Part shown: piece after piece, positions 41,040 to 54,130 of the stretch
Position numbering within the stretch: position 1 is the stretch's first letter
How the letters are laid out: each line of letters starts with the position of its first letter
The notes under the pieces: model-generated
Told to the model about the DNA's origin: nothing
Seen by the model: only the letters and a program-made list of their open reading frames with translations
Database searches by the model: none
Assembly (NCBI RefSeq): GCF_905237065.1
Contig: NC_059464.1
Span: forward strand, 3,111,803-3,175,802
Reading direction: 5' to 3'
From: Salmo salar
Lineage: Eukaryota
DNA length: 64,000 nt
Position numbers and translations under genes: made by a program

Positions 41040-42645
41040 AGATACAGTGAGGGAAAAAAGTATTTGATCCCGTGCTGATTTTGTACGTTTGCCCATTGAC
41101 AAAGAAATGATCAGTCTATAATTGTAATGGTAGGTTTATTTGAACAGTGAGAGACAGAATAACAACAAAAAAATCCTGAAAAACGCATGTCAAAAATGTT
41201 ATAAATTGACTTGCATTTTAATGAGGGAAATAAGTTATTTGACCCCTCTGCAAAACATGACTTGGTGGCAAAACCCTTGTTGGCAATCACAGAGGTCAGA
41301 CGTTTCTTGTAGTTGGCCACCTGGTTTGCATACACCTCAGGAGGGATTTTGTCCCACTCCTCTTTGCAGATCTTCTCCAAGTCATTAAGGTTTCGAGGCT
41401 GACGTTTGGCAACTCAAACCTTGAGCTCCCTCCACAGATTTTCTATGGGCTTAAGGTCTGGAGACTGGCTAGGCCACTCCAGGACCTTAATGTGCTTCTT
41501 CTTGAGCCACTCCTTTGTTGCCTTGGCCGTGTGTTTTGGGTTATTGTCATGCTGGAATACCCATCCACAACCCATTTTCAATGCCCTGGCTGAGGGAAGG
41601 AGGTTCTCACCCAAGATTTGACAGTACTTGGCCCCGTCCATCGTCCCTTTGATGCGGTGAAGTTGTCCTGTCCCCTTAGCAGAAAAACACCCCCAAAGCA
41701 TAATGTTTCTACTCCATGTTTGACGGTGGAGATGGTGTTCTTGGTCATAGGCAGCATTCCTCCTCCTCCAAACACAGCGAGTTGAGTTGATGCCAAAGAG
41801 CTCCATTTTGGTCTCATCTGACCCCAACACTTTCACCCAGTTGTCCTCTGAATCATTCAGATGTTCATTGGCAAACTTCAGACGGGCATGTATATGTGCT
41901 TTCTTTAGCAGGGGGACCTTGCGGGCGCTGCAGGTTTTCAGTCCTTCACGGCGTAGTGTGTTACCAATTGTTTTCTTGGTGACTATGGTCCCAGCTGCCT
42001 TGATCATTGACAAGATCCTCCCGTGTAGTTCTGGGCTGGTTCCTCACCGTTCTCATGATCACTGCAACTCCACGAGGTGAGATCTTGCATGGAGCCCCAC
42101 GCAGAGGGAGATTGACAGTTCTTTTGTGTTTCTTCCATTTGCGAATAATCGCACCAACTGTCACCTTCTCACCAAGCTGCTTGGCGATGGTCTTGTAGCC
42201 CATTCCAGCCTTGTGTAGGTCTACAGTCTTGTCCCTGACATCCTTGGAGAGCTCTTTGGTCTTGGCCATGGTGGAGAGTTTGGAATCTGATTGATTGATT
42301 GCTTCTGTGGACAGGTGTCTTTTATACAGGTAACAAACAGATTAGGAGCACTCCCTTTAAGAGTGTGCTCCTAGTCTCAGCTTGTTACCTGTATAAAAGA
42401 CACCTGGGAGCCAGAAATCTTTATGATTGAGAGGGGGTCAAATACTTATTTCCCTCATTAAAATGCAAATCAATTTATAAAAAATGTTGACATGCGTTTT
42501 TCTGGATTTTTTTGTGGTTATTCTGTCTCTCACTGTTGAAATAAACCTACCATTAAAATTATAGACTGATCATTTCTTTGTCAGTGGGCAAATGTACAAA
42601 ATCAGCAGGGGATCAAATACTTTTCCCCCCTCACTGTACATACTG
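41040..42645 (-). mobile_element. Tc1-like transposon, family B, in mvp intron 1
   Basis: ITR tacagtgagggaaaaaagtatttgatcc; ORFs 41414..42013 and 41961..42269 encode a transposase ([33 protein letters not shown]..., ...[44 protein letters not shown]). Confidence 0.85.
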
Positions 42646-43037
42646 AGTGTAAACGTGTTTGTACATGGCATATGTTGACTAACCTAAAGAAACACCTAGA
42701 ATGCAGCACCTACTTCCACTCTAGCAATGTAATCAACCTCTATGCATCTGTTCATGTGTATGCATGTGTGATTGAGTAATCATATGTTTGAACCAGCCAC
42801 AGAGGAGCACATGCTGATTTAATCTGGGTAAAAGATGCCATTAAAAACGTGATATTTGGCAACTTTCAAAGTGTGCTGTCAAACATTGTGTGACGCTGTA
42901 ACCCCAGCGATAACAGCTTGTTTGCCGTCAGTAGGCTTAGAAGAAACCAACAACCAACCGCACTTGTAATTAGGTAATTACACGCAGACCTTATCAGATA
43001 AACGACAGATAAACGCACCAACACACACACTCCTCAC

Positions 43038-43207
43038 CTCTCATTGTCCTGTCTGATGTAGGTGAGCGGTCCAATCTCCACACGGGCGATATTGGTGTTT
43101 TGGTCCAGGACATGGATGTAGTGGTGGGGCGGGACACGGATGATTGACGCATCTACCAGCCCCTCAAATTTCATCCCGGCTAAGCTCCCGCCATTCTTGG
43201 ATGTCAT
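43038..43207 (-). CDS. mvp: mvp coding exon 1
   Basis: [56 protein letters not shown] vs human ...[35 protein letters not shown]; GTGAGG donor; ttccag immediately 5' of the ATG. Confidence 0.8.
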
Positions 43208-43959
43208 CTGGAATGGCCGGAGTGGAAAGGGTTAATTCAGTGATGTGAAACGTTCCGAAATATAATTAATAGAGCTGACACGATTTCCTATTCTATCTGA
43301 CAGATAGACAAGTATCATGTAGAAGAGATCTATGATTATCTGAAAAGTTCTGTAATGTTATGTCCTCCAGAACAGGCCCCTGAAGTGGCCTGCCCTACTG
43401 CCTAAAGGCGACGCTGGCCATGTTCAAGAGCATCAAAACCGTGATGTATCATAAGTCAATTGTGACGGACTGACCTACAAATAATATTGAGCAGTTAATT
43501 ATGATGCAAGGTTATTTGTATATCAGTCCGTTTTGACCCACCTTTAAAGTCGGCTGCAATGTTGAACACGCCCACTGACTGCCCACTGACCTCCTGACTC
43601 ATTGAGATCCACCCAATCTCCTCCTCTGACTAGCCATCTTACCGTAAGTGGAATGCACTGACTGTAAGTCCCTCTGGATGAGTCTGTTAAATGCCCAAAA
43701 TGTAAAATGTTTCTCCCCCCCTTCTTGCCTCTTTTCTTTCAGTGGTTCTGATCTGAAGGAGTTGACTAGGTGAAAGCTGATCCCCCATTAGGAATCCATT
43801 ATCTAGCTCTCCTCTAAAGCAGCTTCTCTCTGCCATTTTGAAACACTTGTGTAAGAACATGTGCCAAGAATTCAATTGGCTTCAAGCCTACTTCTGGACT
43901 AAAAAGGTGTCCAATAGAGAAGTGCCTTTCAGACCAGGACAAGGCTTACTGTCACCTGT

Positions 43960-44530
43960 GCTGACTGTCACCTGTGGTGTAAAGTACTTAAGTAAAAATA
44001 CTTGAAAAGTACTACTTAAGTCATTTTTGGGGGGGTATCTGTATTATATTTTTATAATGCTTTTACTTCACTTACATTCCTAAAGAAAATAATGTACTTC
44101 TTACACCATACATTTTCCCTGTCACCCAAAAGTACATTTTGAATGCTTAGCATGAGAGGAACATTGTCCAATTCACACACTTATCAAGAGAACATCCCTG
44201 GTCATCCCTACTGCCTCTGATCTGGCGGACTCACTAAACACACATGCTTCGTTTGTAAATTATGTCTGAATGTTGGAGTGTGCCCCTGGCTACACAAAAA
44301 AATAAAATGGTGCCATTTGGTTTGCTTAATATACGGAATTTTTAATAATTTACACTTAAGTATACTTGAGCAATTACATTTACTTTTGATACTTAAGTAT
44401 ATTTAAAACCAAATACTTTTACTCAAGTGGTATTTTACTGGGTAACTTTCACTTGAGTAATTTCTATGAAGGGATCTTTATTTTTACTCAAGTATGACAA
44501 TTGGGTACTTTTTCCACCACTGTCTGCATT
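43960..44530. mobile_element. non-autonomous DNA transposon / MITE-like element (second copy at 51545-52325)
   Basis: shared termini cagtggtgtaaagtacttaagtaaaaatactt ... aagtatgacaattgggtactttttccaccactg and a collinear internal sequence. Confidence 0.6.
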
Positions 44531-45584
44531 CAGGGGACTATTCTTTATACTATACTAGAGTGTATGCTATAACTAAAGAGAAAAGATTCCCATTAAACAG
44601 TGTCCTTTGACATGCTCGGACATGTGGGAGCGCTCCTGACTGGTGAGAGCAAATACACCTGACAATGACACTACATAACGACTGACGCAAACTGGCTGGA
44701 CCAGGTAATAGTTACACAGGAGGGGAGGGGGGGGGCTTGAGAGAACAAAACTAAAGTACTACATGTTTATTTTTATAAGACAAAACTACAGACACTCCCA
44801 CCATGTACACACATCTGTCATTTACACAAATCTGAGCCAAACATGTAAAATCGGTCATACAGGCACACACCTTCCACAAACCGGCACGCCCAATACTATT
44901 TCACTATACATTCCAGTGCCTCCACCCACTCAAGAACTATCAAGCAAGAGGGACAGTACACATACCTAATGTATTATAACGTGTACATTGAGTTATAAGG
45001 TGTGCGCTGTGTACTGTACTAGGTGTGAAGGTACAGTACAGTAACCATCGTCACCCACACCTTCTTACAGCAACAATCCCATCCATGACACCAAAAGCAC
45101 ATATGGAACACAAAATGTAAAGTGTAAGTGTTGGTTCAGGAAAGTTAGTGGTGGTGGACGCATAAATTCTGGCCTAATGACAATGGCTAAATGTCATTAC
45201 ACTTTTTGTTGATGTGTAACATATGTCTCTTTCCTTTCACCACTATTTGGAGGTTGGAAATATGTTTTGAGTGGATGAATGTGTGCGTGTAGTAAAGGAG
45301 CTCATTGAAGTGATTGACAATCAGATGACAACATAATGACTGGTTGTGTTTATGTCACAGTAAAAGGTAATACATTTCAAAAAAAGTTAAATGACAAATC
45401 TTTACGACTAGGCCCACAGAGATCCTATTGAACAAATCGGGATTCTATATGTAATTCTATGATTAGGCCCATACGCAAGCTTGTGCACACATACTGTAGA
45501 ACGGTGTGTCAAACTTTGTGTGCTGCCATTTTGGCCAGGTCTTTCTTGTTAAAGGGATTTTTGATCCCAATGAGACTAACCTTG

Positions 45585-45815
45585 GTACTCCTGAGTGGCG
45601 CAGAAGTCTAAGGCACTGCATCTCAGTGCTAGAGGTGTCACCACAGACCCTGGTTCAATTCCAGGCTGTATCCCAACCAGCCGTGATTGGGAGTCCCATA
45701 AGGCAGCACACAATTGGCCCAGCATCGTCTGGGTTTGGCCAGGGTAGGCCGTAATTGTAAATAAATGTGTTCTTAACTGACTTGCCTAGTTAAATAAAGG
45801 TTAAATAAATAAAAA
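45585..45815 (+). mobile_element. salmonid tRNA-derived SINE with A-rich tail
   Basis: ctgagtggcgcagaagtctaaggcactgcatctcagtgctagaggtgtcac...cattgtaaataaatgtgttcttaactgacttgcctagttaaataaagg. Confidence 0.8.
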
Positions 45816-47327
45816 AAACTGGTAAAATAAATGTGTCCTAGTTATTGGACTGTAGGGGGTGTGGTTAAGTTAAGGAGGGTAAGATTTGTTTGTGCATTCT
45901 TGAGCGTAAGAGGTAGTGCTTTCTGTTGAAGTGGCTGTAACAAAACAAATTCTAGAAAAGTTGACATAAATTGCAATTACCGCTTATGCTCTAAAACTCA
46001 TCTGCCATGTGAAGTTTGCTGTCTCCACAGCAACATGTTTGGCATTGATAATGCCCTGTGTTTGAGAGGCAGAAATACAGATGTAAGTGTGCATATCGAC
46101 AAAATAAATCTCTTTTTAAACTTGGGTAAAATCTAAGCCAGACATTCAACTTCCAGACCACAGAAAAGTTAGCCTGCCTTGTCCTACATTGAACACCACA
46201 GTGGAAAATATAAGGTTCCAGAAAGAGTCACAGAGCTTAACGTTCATCTTTGTAGTTTAGAGGGAGGGAGGAACCAAATGGATATAGCATTTACTATCAG
46301 TGGTGTGGGAGATATGGACATAATAAAGTTTCTATGAGGGGGCAAAGTGCATCCGTTTTGCAGTGAGTTCAGTACCAGGTGATATGGGTGTTTCCCTTAT
46401 AGAATTAGGAAATAGAACACAAAACATTCTAGTAAGGGCTGGTTCCAATACTTTAACAGTACATTATTCAGTCCTCACTGATCCGGGCCCGGTTTCCAAA
46501 AATCATCTGAAGGCTAAATTTATCGATGAACATAGCCTTAAGATGTTTTTGTGAAACCGGGCCCTGTGTTTCCTCGTATTGCTGTCACCAATCAACTCCA
46601 AGGAAGGATGATGCATTTTCATTAGGAAGAGTAGTTCCGTTCTAGGCGTTTTATTAGCAACTTTTGAAATGTCTTGAGGGCAGATGTAAATGTAAACCAT
46701 CGACCATGTTGAGGTGTAAATATATATATTTTTTTAAGTTGAAAGAGCAATCTTTTTTCACAACTAACCGTCATACAAATAAACGTTGTCATTTTTTAAA
46801 GTAGAAGTTTACTTATCCACTACCAGAGCTTTAAGGCAATCTACATTTATTAGGTCTACTTTATTGCCACTATTCAATGCATTTGAGAATGGCAACCAAC
46901 CAATCTAGAGTTGGTAGCTATGAGAATTTCTTACCTTTGTTGAATAATTGGGCAGATTCTTCTCCTAGCTTGGCAGAGTCAAATGGTCAATGCGCTTCTC
47001 TTTTATTTTGCTTTTATTACGCTTCTGTGTTTTCAGTTGGTTGGTGGGCGTGCCGTCATTAGTTACCACAGCCACAAAGTCATAAACCCCGCCCATTTCT
47101 ACAATTTCTCGTCATTAAAATGTGATTTAACCAAACTGCTAACTGTATGCCCAACACTGACCTTCAAGTTCATACGGTTATGCCGTAGGCAAGCCAAAAA
47201 TGTTTCTTTTTTTTGTGATATAGACATTTTGACTTTGTGTCTGGGCTATCTAGTGGAAACCATGCGGAAGCAATCCCGGAAGAACGATTACAAGTCACGT
47301 GGTTTACTGGACGACAGCTGTTATTTG

Positions 47328-47505
47328 ATCTTTATTTAACTAGGCAAGTTAGTTAAGAACAAATTCATAATTACAACGACGATCTACCGGCGAACAGTGG
47401 GTTATGTGGACAGATTTTTACCTTGTCAGCTCGAGGATTCGATCCAGCAACTTTTCAGTTTTTGGCCCAACGCTGTAACCACTATGCTACCTGCCGCCCC
47501 ATTCA
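47328..47505 (-). mobile_element. HpaI-type SINE
   Basis: reverse-complement of ...gggccaaaaactgaaaagttgctggatcgaatcctcgagctgacaaggtaaaaatctgtcc...cttaactaacttgcctagttaaat. Confidence 0.75.
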
Positions 47506-48102
47506 TACACGTACTAGATACACTTGACCATTGTAGTGTCTAGTTCCTTTGCTCTAGGGGCCTATTGACGCAGTACTGCCAAATATGTTTTAATAAATAC
47601 TGTGTTCAAGTGCTAGTCGGAACCAGGAAACTCAGAAATGTCGCGGCGCGCGTGTATTACTACAAACAGTTAACAAATCTGAAATAACCGAGTTTCTAAA
47701 TTCCGACTGGCACATGAACACGGCATAACCCTGTGGTACTACTGCGCTGTTTCTTTCTTACGTCATCCGTGAGGGATTTCCGATAACGCGCCACCCATGC
47801 ACTCACAGTTTAAAATGCATCACAGTCAACAATTTGCTGCAACGTCGAAATGGGTTGTTTTGTTTGATTTAGGCTATTCGTTTTTTTCTATTTCTCAAAA
47901 CGTCTTAACTTTTCAGTCAATCTGCAAATCTGTTACTTATAAACATCAGATATATGTAATACAATCTAAATGCTATCAAAAACAAAAGAGCTGCCTAAAA
48001 AACAATAATTGAATACACCTAAAAAATAACTACAGTTGTAGCTACACATTTACAGGAGCTCTCTGCTTAGGCTGCTACTAGGGCGCCATGGCAAATACAG
48101 TG

Positions 48103-49696
48103 CTGTGTAAAAGTATTTATCCCTGATTTCTTATTTTTTTACACATTTGTCACACTTAAATGTTTCAGATCATCAAACAAATTTTAATATTACACAAAGA
48201 TAACCCAAGTAAACAAAATGCCGTTTTTAAGTGATAATTGTATTTATAAGGGAAAAAGCTATCCGAACCTTCATGGCCCTATGTGACAAAGTAATTGCCC
48301 CCCCTTGTTAAATCATGAATTTACTGTGGTTAATCACATTTTTTGGAAAGCTGAGTTCAATTTCACTAGCCACACCCAGGCCTGATTACTGCCAGACCTG
48401 TTGAATCAAGAAATCACTTAAATAGAACCTGTCTGACAAAGTGAAGTAGGCCAAAAGATCTCAAAAAGCAAGACATGATGTGATCCAAAGAAATTCAGGA
48501 ACAGATGAGAAACAAAGTAATTGACATCGATCAGTCTGGAAAGGGTTACAAAGCCATTTCTAAAGCTTTGGGACTCCAGCGAACCACGGTGAGAGCCATT
48601 ATCCACAAATGGAGAACATTTGGAACAGTGGTGAACCTTCCAAGGAGTGACCGTCCTACCAAAATTACCCCAAGAGCGCAGCGACGACTCATCCAAGAGG
48701 TCACAAAAGAACAACATCTAAAGAACTGCAGGCCTCACTTGCCTCAGTTAAGGTCAGTGTTCATGTTCATGACTCAACCATAAGAAAGAGACTGGGCAAA
48801 AATGGCATCCATGGCAAAGTTCCAAGGCGAAAACCACTTCTGACCAAAAAGAACAAAGGCTCGTCTCACTTTTGGCAAAAAACATCTTGATGATCCCCAA
48901 GATTTTTGGGAAAATATTCTGTGGACTGGCGAGACAAAAGTTGAACTTTTTGGAAGGTGTGCGTCCCGTTACATCTGGTGTAAAAGTAACACAGCATTTC
49001 AGAAAAAGAACATCATACCAACAGTCAAATATGGTGGTGGTAGTGTGATGGTCTGGGGCTGCTTCAGGACCTGGATTACTTTCTGTGATTGATGGAACCA
49101 TGAATTCTGCTCTCTACCAAAAAATCCTGAAGGAGAATGTCCGGCCATCAGTTCGTGACCTCAAGCTGAAGCACACCTGGGTTCTGCAGCAGGACAATGA
49201 TCCAAAACACACCAGCAAGTTCATCTCTGAATGACTTAAAAAAAAAAAAAATTAAATGAAGGTTTTGGAGTGGCCTAGTCAGTCTGGACTTGAATCCAAT
49301 TGAGATGGTGTGGCGTGACCTTAAAAAGGTGGTTCATGCTCGAAAACCCTCCAATGTGGCTGAATTAAAACAATTCTGCAAAGAAGAGTGGGCCAAATTC
49401 CTCCACAGCAATGTGAAAGGCTCATTGCCAGTTATCACAAACGCTTGATTGCAGTTGTTGCTGCTGAGGGTGCCACAACCAGTTATTAGGTTTAGGGGGC
49501 AATTACTTTTTCACATAGGGTTCGGATAGCTTTTTTCCCTTAAATAAAATCATCACTTAACTGCATTTTGTGTTTACTTGGGTTATCTTTGTGTAATATT
49601 TACATTTGTTTGATCTGAAACATTTTAAGTGTGACAAATGTGCAAAAAAAATCAGAAATCAGGAAGGGGGCAAATGCTTTTTCACAGCACTGTATA
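48103..49696 (+). mobile_element. Tc1-like transposon, family C, decayed
   Basis: ITRs tacagtgctgtgtaaaagtatttatccc / cttttcacagcactgtata; ORFs 48505..48783 and the minus-frame artefacts encode HTH and DDE fragments (…QDNDPKHTSKF…). Confidence 0.85.
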
Positions 49697-50039
49697 TAAT
49701 TGTGTGATGGTGTCTATTCCACAAATTACCACCTGCTAAATCTATGACATTAAAATGTCCTATTTACTATTTTCCATCTGACTGCCTCATCAGCCCAGGC
49801 AGGGAAGTTATAAATTTGATCTCCATCATAAACAGCATCTATACATTATCTCACATTTCTTTTAGACTAACTAATTTGTTTCAATATTCAAATTCGATCT
49901 CTAACTGTCCCATAGTAATGAATGTGTAGGGGTCGGGACGAGAGAGAGCGAGGCAGGCAGCGTTTCTCAGCCAGTCGAAATCATGAATCAACTGGCATAC
50001 TTTTTATGGATATATACAAATGTCAATTGGAAAAAGGTA

Positions 50040-51540
50040 AAACAAAGTGCAGCTAAACTCAGCAAAAAAAGATACGTCCCTTTTTCAGGACCCTGTCTTT
50101 CAAAGATAATTTGTAAAAATCCAAATAACTTCACAGATCTTCATTGTAAAGGGTTTAAACACTGTTTTCCATGCTTGTTCAATGAACCATAAACAATTAA
50201 TGAACATGGACCTGTGGAATGGTCGTTAAGACACTAACAGCTTACAGACGGTAGACAATTAAGGTCACAGTTATGAAAACTTAGGACCCTAAAGAGGCCT
50301 TTCTACTGACTCTGAAAAACACCAAAAGGAAGATGCCCAGAGTCCCTGCTCATCTGCATGAACTTGCCTTAGGCATGCTACAAGGAGGCATGAGGACTGC
50401 AGATGTGGCCAGGGCAATAAATTGCAATGTCCGTACTGTGAGACGCATAAGACAGCTCTACAGGGAGACAGGATGGACAGCTGATCGTCCTCGCAGTGGC
50501 AGACCACGTGTAACAACACCTGCACAGGATCAGTATATACCCGAACATCACACCTGCAGGACAGGTACAGGATGGCAACAACAACTTCCCGAGTTACACC
50601 AGGAACGCACAATCCCTCCATCAGTGCTCAGAATGTCCGCAATAGGCTGAGAGAGGCTGGACTGAGGGCTTGTAAGCCTGTTGTAAGGCAGGTCCTCACC
50701 AAACATCACCGGCAACAACGTCGCCTATGGGCACAAACCCACCATCGCTGGACCAGACAGGACTGGCAAAAAGTGCTCTTCACTGACGTGTCGCGGTTTT
50801 GTCTCAGCAGGGGTGATGGTCGGATTCGCGTTTATCGTCGAAGGAATGAGCGTTACACCGAGGTCTGTATTCTGGATCGATTTGGAGGTGGAGGGTCTGT
50901 CATGGTCTGGGGCGGTGTCACATCATCGAACTGAGCTTGTTGTCATTGCAGGCAATCTCAATGCTGTGCGTTACAGGGAAGACATCCTTCTCCCTCATGT
51001 GGTACCCTTCCTGCAGGCTCATCCTGACATGACCCTCCAGCATGACAATGCCACCAGCCATACTGCTCGTTCTGTGCGTGATTTCCTGCAAGACAGGAAT
51101 GTCAGTGTTCTGCCATGGCCAATGAAGAGCCCGGATCTCAATCCCATTGAGCACGTCTGGGACCTGTTGGATCGGAGAGTGAGGGCTAGGGCCATCTCCC
51201 CGAGAAATGTCTGGGAACTTGCAGGTGCCTTGGTGAAGAGTGGGGTAACATCTCACAACAAGAACTGGCAAATCTGGTGCAGTCCATGAGGAGATGCACT
51301 GCAGTACTTAATGCAGCTGGTGGCCACACCAAATACTGACTGTTACTTTTGATTTTGACCCCCCCCCCCATTGTTCAGGGACACATTCTATTTCTGTTAG
51401 TCACATGTCTGTGGAACTTGTTCAGTTTATGTCTCAGTTGTTGAATCTTGTTATGTTCATACAAATATTTACACGTTAAGTTTGCTGAAAATAAACGCAG
51501 TTGACAGTGAGAGGACGTTTCTTCTTTTGCTGAGTTTAGT
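50040..51540 (+). mobile_element. Tc1-like transposon, family D
   Basis: ITRs aaactcagcaaaaaaagatacgtccc / ggacgtttcttcttttgctgagtttag; ORFs 50333..50650, 50572..50934 and 50813..51289 encode a transposase (MPRVPAHLHELALGMLQGGMRTADVARAINCNVRTVRRIRQ...). Confidence 0.85.
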
Positions 51541-51894
51541 TTGCAGTCTTTCCAGCAGTGGTGTAAAGTATTTACGTAAAAATACTTTAAAGTACCACTT
51601 AAGTAGTTTTTTGGAGTATCTGTACTTTACTATACATATGTTGGACTACTTTTACTTTTACTTCACCACATTAATTAAGAAAATATTGTACTTTTTACTC
51701 CATACATTTTCCTTGACACCCAAAAGTACTCGTTACATTTTGAATGCTTAGCAGGACAGGAAAATAGTCCAATTCACACACTTATCAACCGAACATCCCT
51801 GGTCATCCCTACTGCCTCTGATCTGGTAGACTCACTAAATGCACATGTTTCGTTTGTAAATTATGTCTGAATTTTGGAGTGTGCCCATGGCTTT

Positions 51895-52115
51895 CTTTGG
51901 GGCTCTCGAGTGGTGCAACGGTCTAAGGCACTGCATCTCAGTGCTAGAGGCGTCGCTACAGACACCATGGTTCGAATTTAGGCTATGGGACTCCTGTGAT
52001 TGGGAGTCCCATAGGGCGGTCCAAAATTGGCCCAGTGTCGTCTGGGTTTGGCAGGTGTAAGGCCGTCATTGTAAATAAGAATTTGTTCTTACCTGACTTG
52101 CCTATAAAGGTAATA
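51895..52115 (+). mobile_element. SINE nested inside the MITE-like element 51545-52325
   Basis: same SINE family as 45585-45815 (ggtctaaggcactgcatctcagtgctagaggcgtcgctacagac...cattgtaaataagaatttgttcttacctgacttgcc). Confidence 0.8.
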
Positions 52116-52756
52116 AGAAAATGGTGCCATCTGGTTTGCTTAAAATAAGGAATTTTAAATGATTTATACATTTACTTTGATACTTAAGTATATTTTAAAC
52201 CAAATATTTTTAGACTTACTCAAGTAGAATTTTACTGAATGACTTTTACTTTTGTCATTTTCTATTCAGGTATTTTTACTTTTACTCAAGTATGACAGTT
52301 GGATACTTTTGCTTTCCAGCTTCAGTTCTAAGTTATTGTGTTAGCTGTGTTGTTGGCTAGCTCCTCTGAACAACAGTGTCCTAACGAGAGAGCACATGTT
52401 CGATTCCAGGCGAAATTGTGGCTTATTATCTCATTGTTATGGATGTATCCAAATAAATGTCACTTGAAAACAGCTTAAACAAATTCAGCTACTTTGCTGT
52501 TATTTGGATAACTAGCAAGTAAGGGATAAGAACGGTCAGTATGGCAATGGAACATTTAGAATGAACGACTGGGTCGCGTCTATAGATACAGAATAAAAAG
52601 AACGAACAACTGGGTCACTTCTCTAGCAACCCTAGATTTGTGTCGGGACTATATCTTGTGGAAGGATGAAATAGTACGAATACATTAATCAAAATAACGT
52701 TTTTAATTAAAATATGTCGATCATTATTTGAATATGTTGGTAACCTGTTGTATAAA

Positions 52757-52889
52757 AGTGATAATACCCTTGAAGCCGGTGTTTGTTGGATATATTGGCA
52801 CGGTTTGCCGGCCCTCGACTTCGTCTGGGGCCTAACAACACCCGTGCCAATATATCCAACAAACACCGGCTTCGAGGGCATTATCACTT
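52757..52889. repeat. near-perfect 48-bp inverted repeat (hairpin) with a 37-nt loop
   Basis: aagtgataatacccttgaagccggtgtttgttggatatattggcacgg ... ccgtgccaatatatccaacaaacaccggcttcgagggcattatcactt (2 mismatches). Confidence 0.8.
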
Positions 52890-53689
52890 GAGGATCGTAC
52901 CTTTTTTTTCAATTTTCGCCTAAAATGACTTACCCAAATCTGCCTGTAGCTCAGGACCTGAAGCAAGGATATGCATATTATTGATACCATTTGAAAGGAA
53001 ACACTTTGAAGTTTGTGGAAATGTGAAATTAATGTAGGAGAATATAACACATTAGATCTGGTAAAATATAATACAAACAAAAAAACCTGCGTTTTCTATT
53101 ACATTTTTTTCGTAATCTTTGCAGTACTGTACTTAGAGTGCATCAAACATGATTTAGACCTTGTTTATGGAAAACTGTTTATAACTGTATTTCATGGTTG
53201 CAACTTGCTGAAAATTGACCACTGTGTTCCTATCATCTAGTTTAAACAGTACTGCAAAAAGAAAGCCATAATATAATATTACAGCTTAGGCATAATTTAG
53301 ATTATGTAGGAACCCAGTTCCTACATTTGAATATAAAAATGGATTTCATCAAACAAAACTATGCTACATTTTATCTCTGGGACTCTCAGGATGACAAATC
53401 AGAGCAAGATTACTGAATGTAAGTACATTATTTACGTTCAGAGGTGAATGTATCAAACCAGTTTCTGTGATAAGTTTTTTGTTGTTGTGCACTCTCCTCA
53501 AACAATAGCATGGCATTTATTTTACTGTAAAGTGGACAGTGCCGTTATATTAACAAGAATTTAAGTTTCTGCCCATATAAGATATATCTATGTCCTGGAA
53601 AGTTTGCTGTTACTTACAACTGTCAGGATCAAAATAAATATGAAAGGAGCAAAGCCCAGGTAAAACGTTAGAGGAAAACTCCCTCAGTC

Positions 53690-54130
53690 TTCTGAAAACC
53701 TAACCCTGGGATAGAGGTTTATTTTTCAGCGAGACAATTACACAAAATGCAATGCCAAAGACACACGAGAAATGCTTTCCAAGAGGTGTTAAGTGTTCCT
53801 GAGTGGTCTAGTCTCAGTCCTGCTTAAAAAAATCAGCGAGGTTTAAATATCACTATCCATCAATGATCCCCAACCAAATTTACTGAGCCTGAGCAAATTT
53901 GACAAAAACTATTGATATATAATGCCCTAAGAGTTGTGCAAAGTTGGTCAAATCTTAATGAAAATGATTCACAGCTGTAATGGCTGCCAAAGGTGCTTCC
54001 ACCAAGTATTAACTCAGGGGGATGGAGACTTATCCAATTATATATTTTTTCTTAATTTGGAAAATGTCTATAACTTTCTTTCCCTTTGAAAATGTGTAGG
54101 TTGTGTAGATTTGTAGAAGAAAATCTAATT
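53690..54130 (+). mobile_element. Tc1-like 3' fragment
   Basis: similar to 9240-9720 (…gttcctgagtggtctagtc…). Confidence 0.55.

Noticed and set aside
46983-47339. 118-aa plus-strand ORF
   Set aside because: It lies within a diverged copy of the 4100-4560 repeat family and an adjacent HpaI SINE. It has no coding-like composition or splice context.
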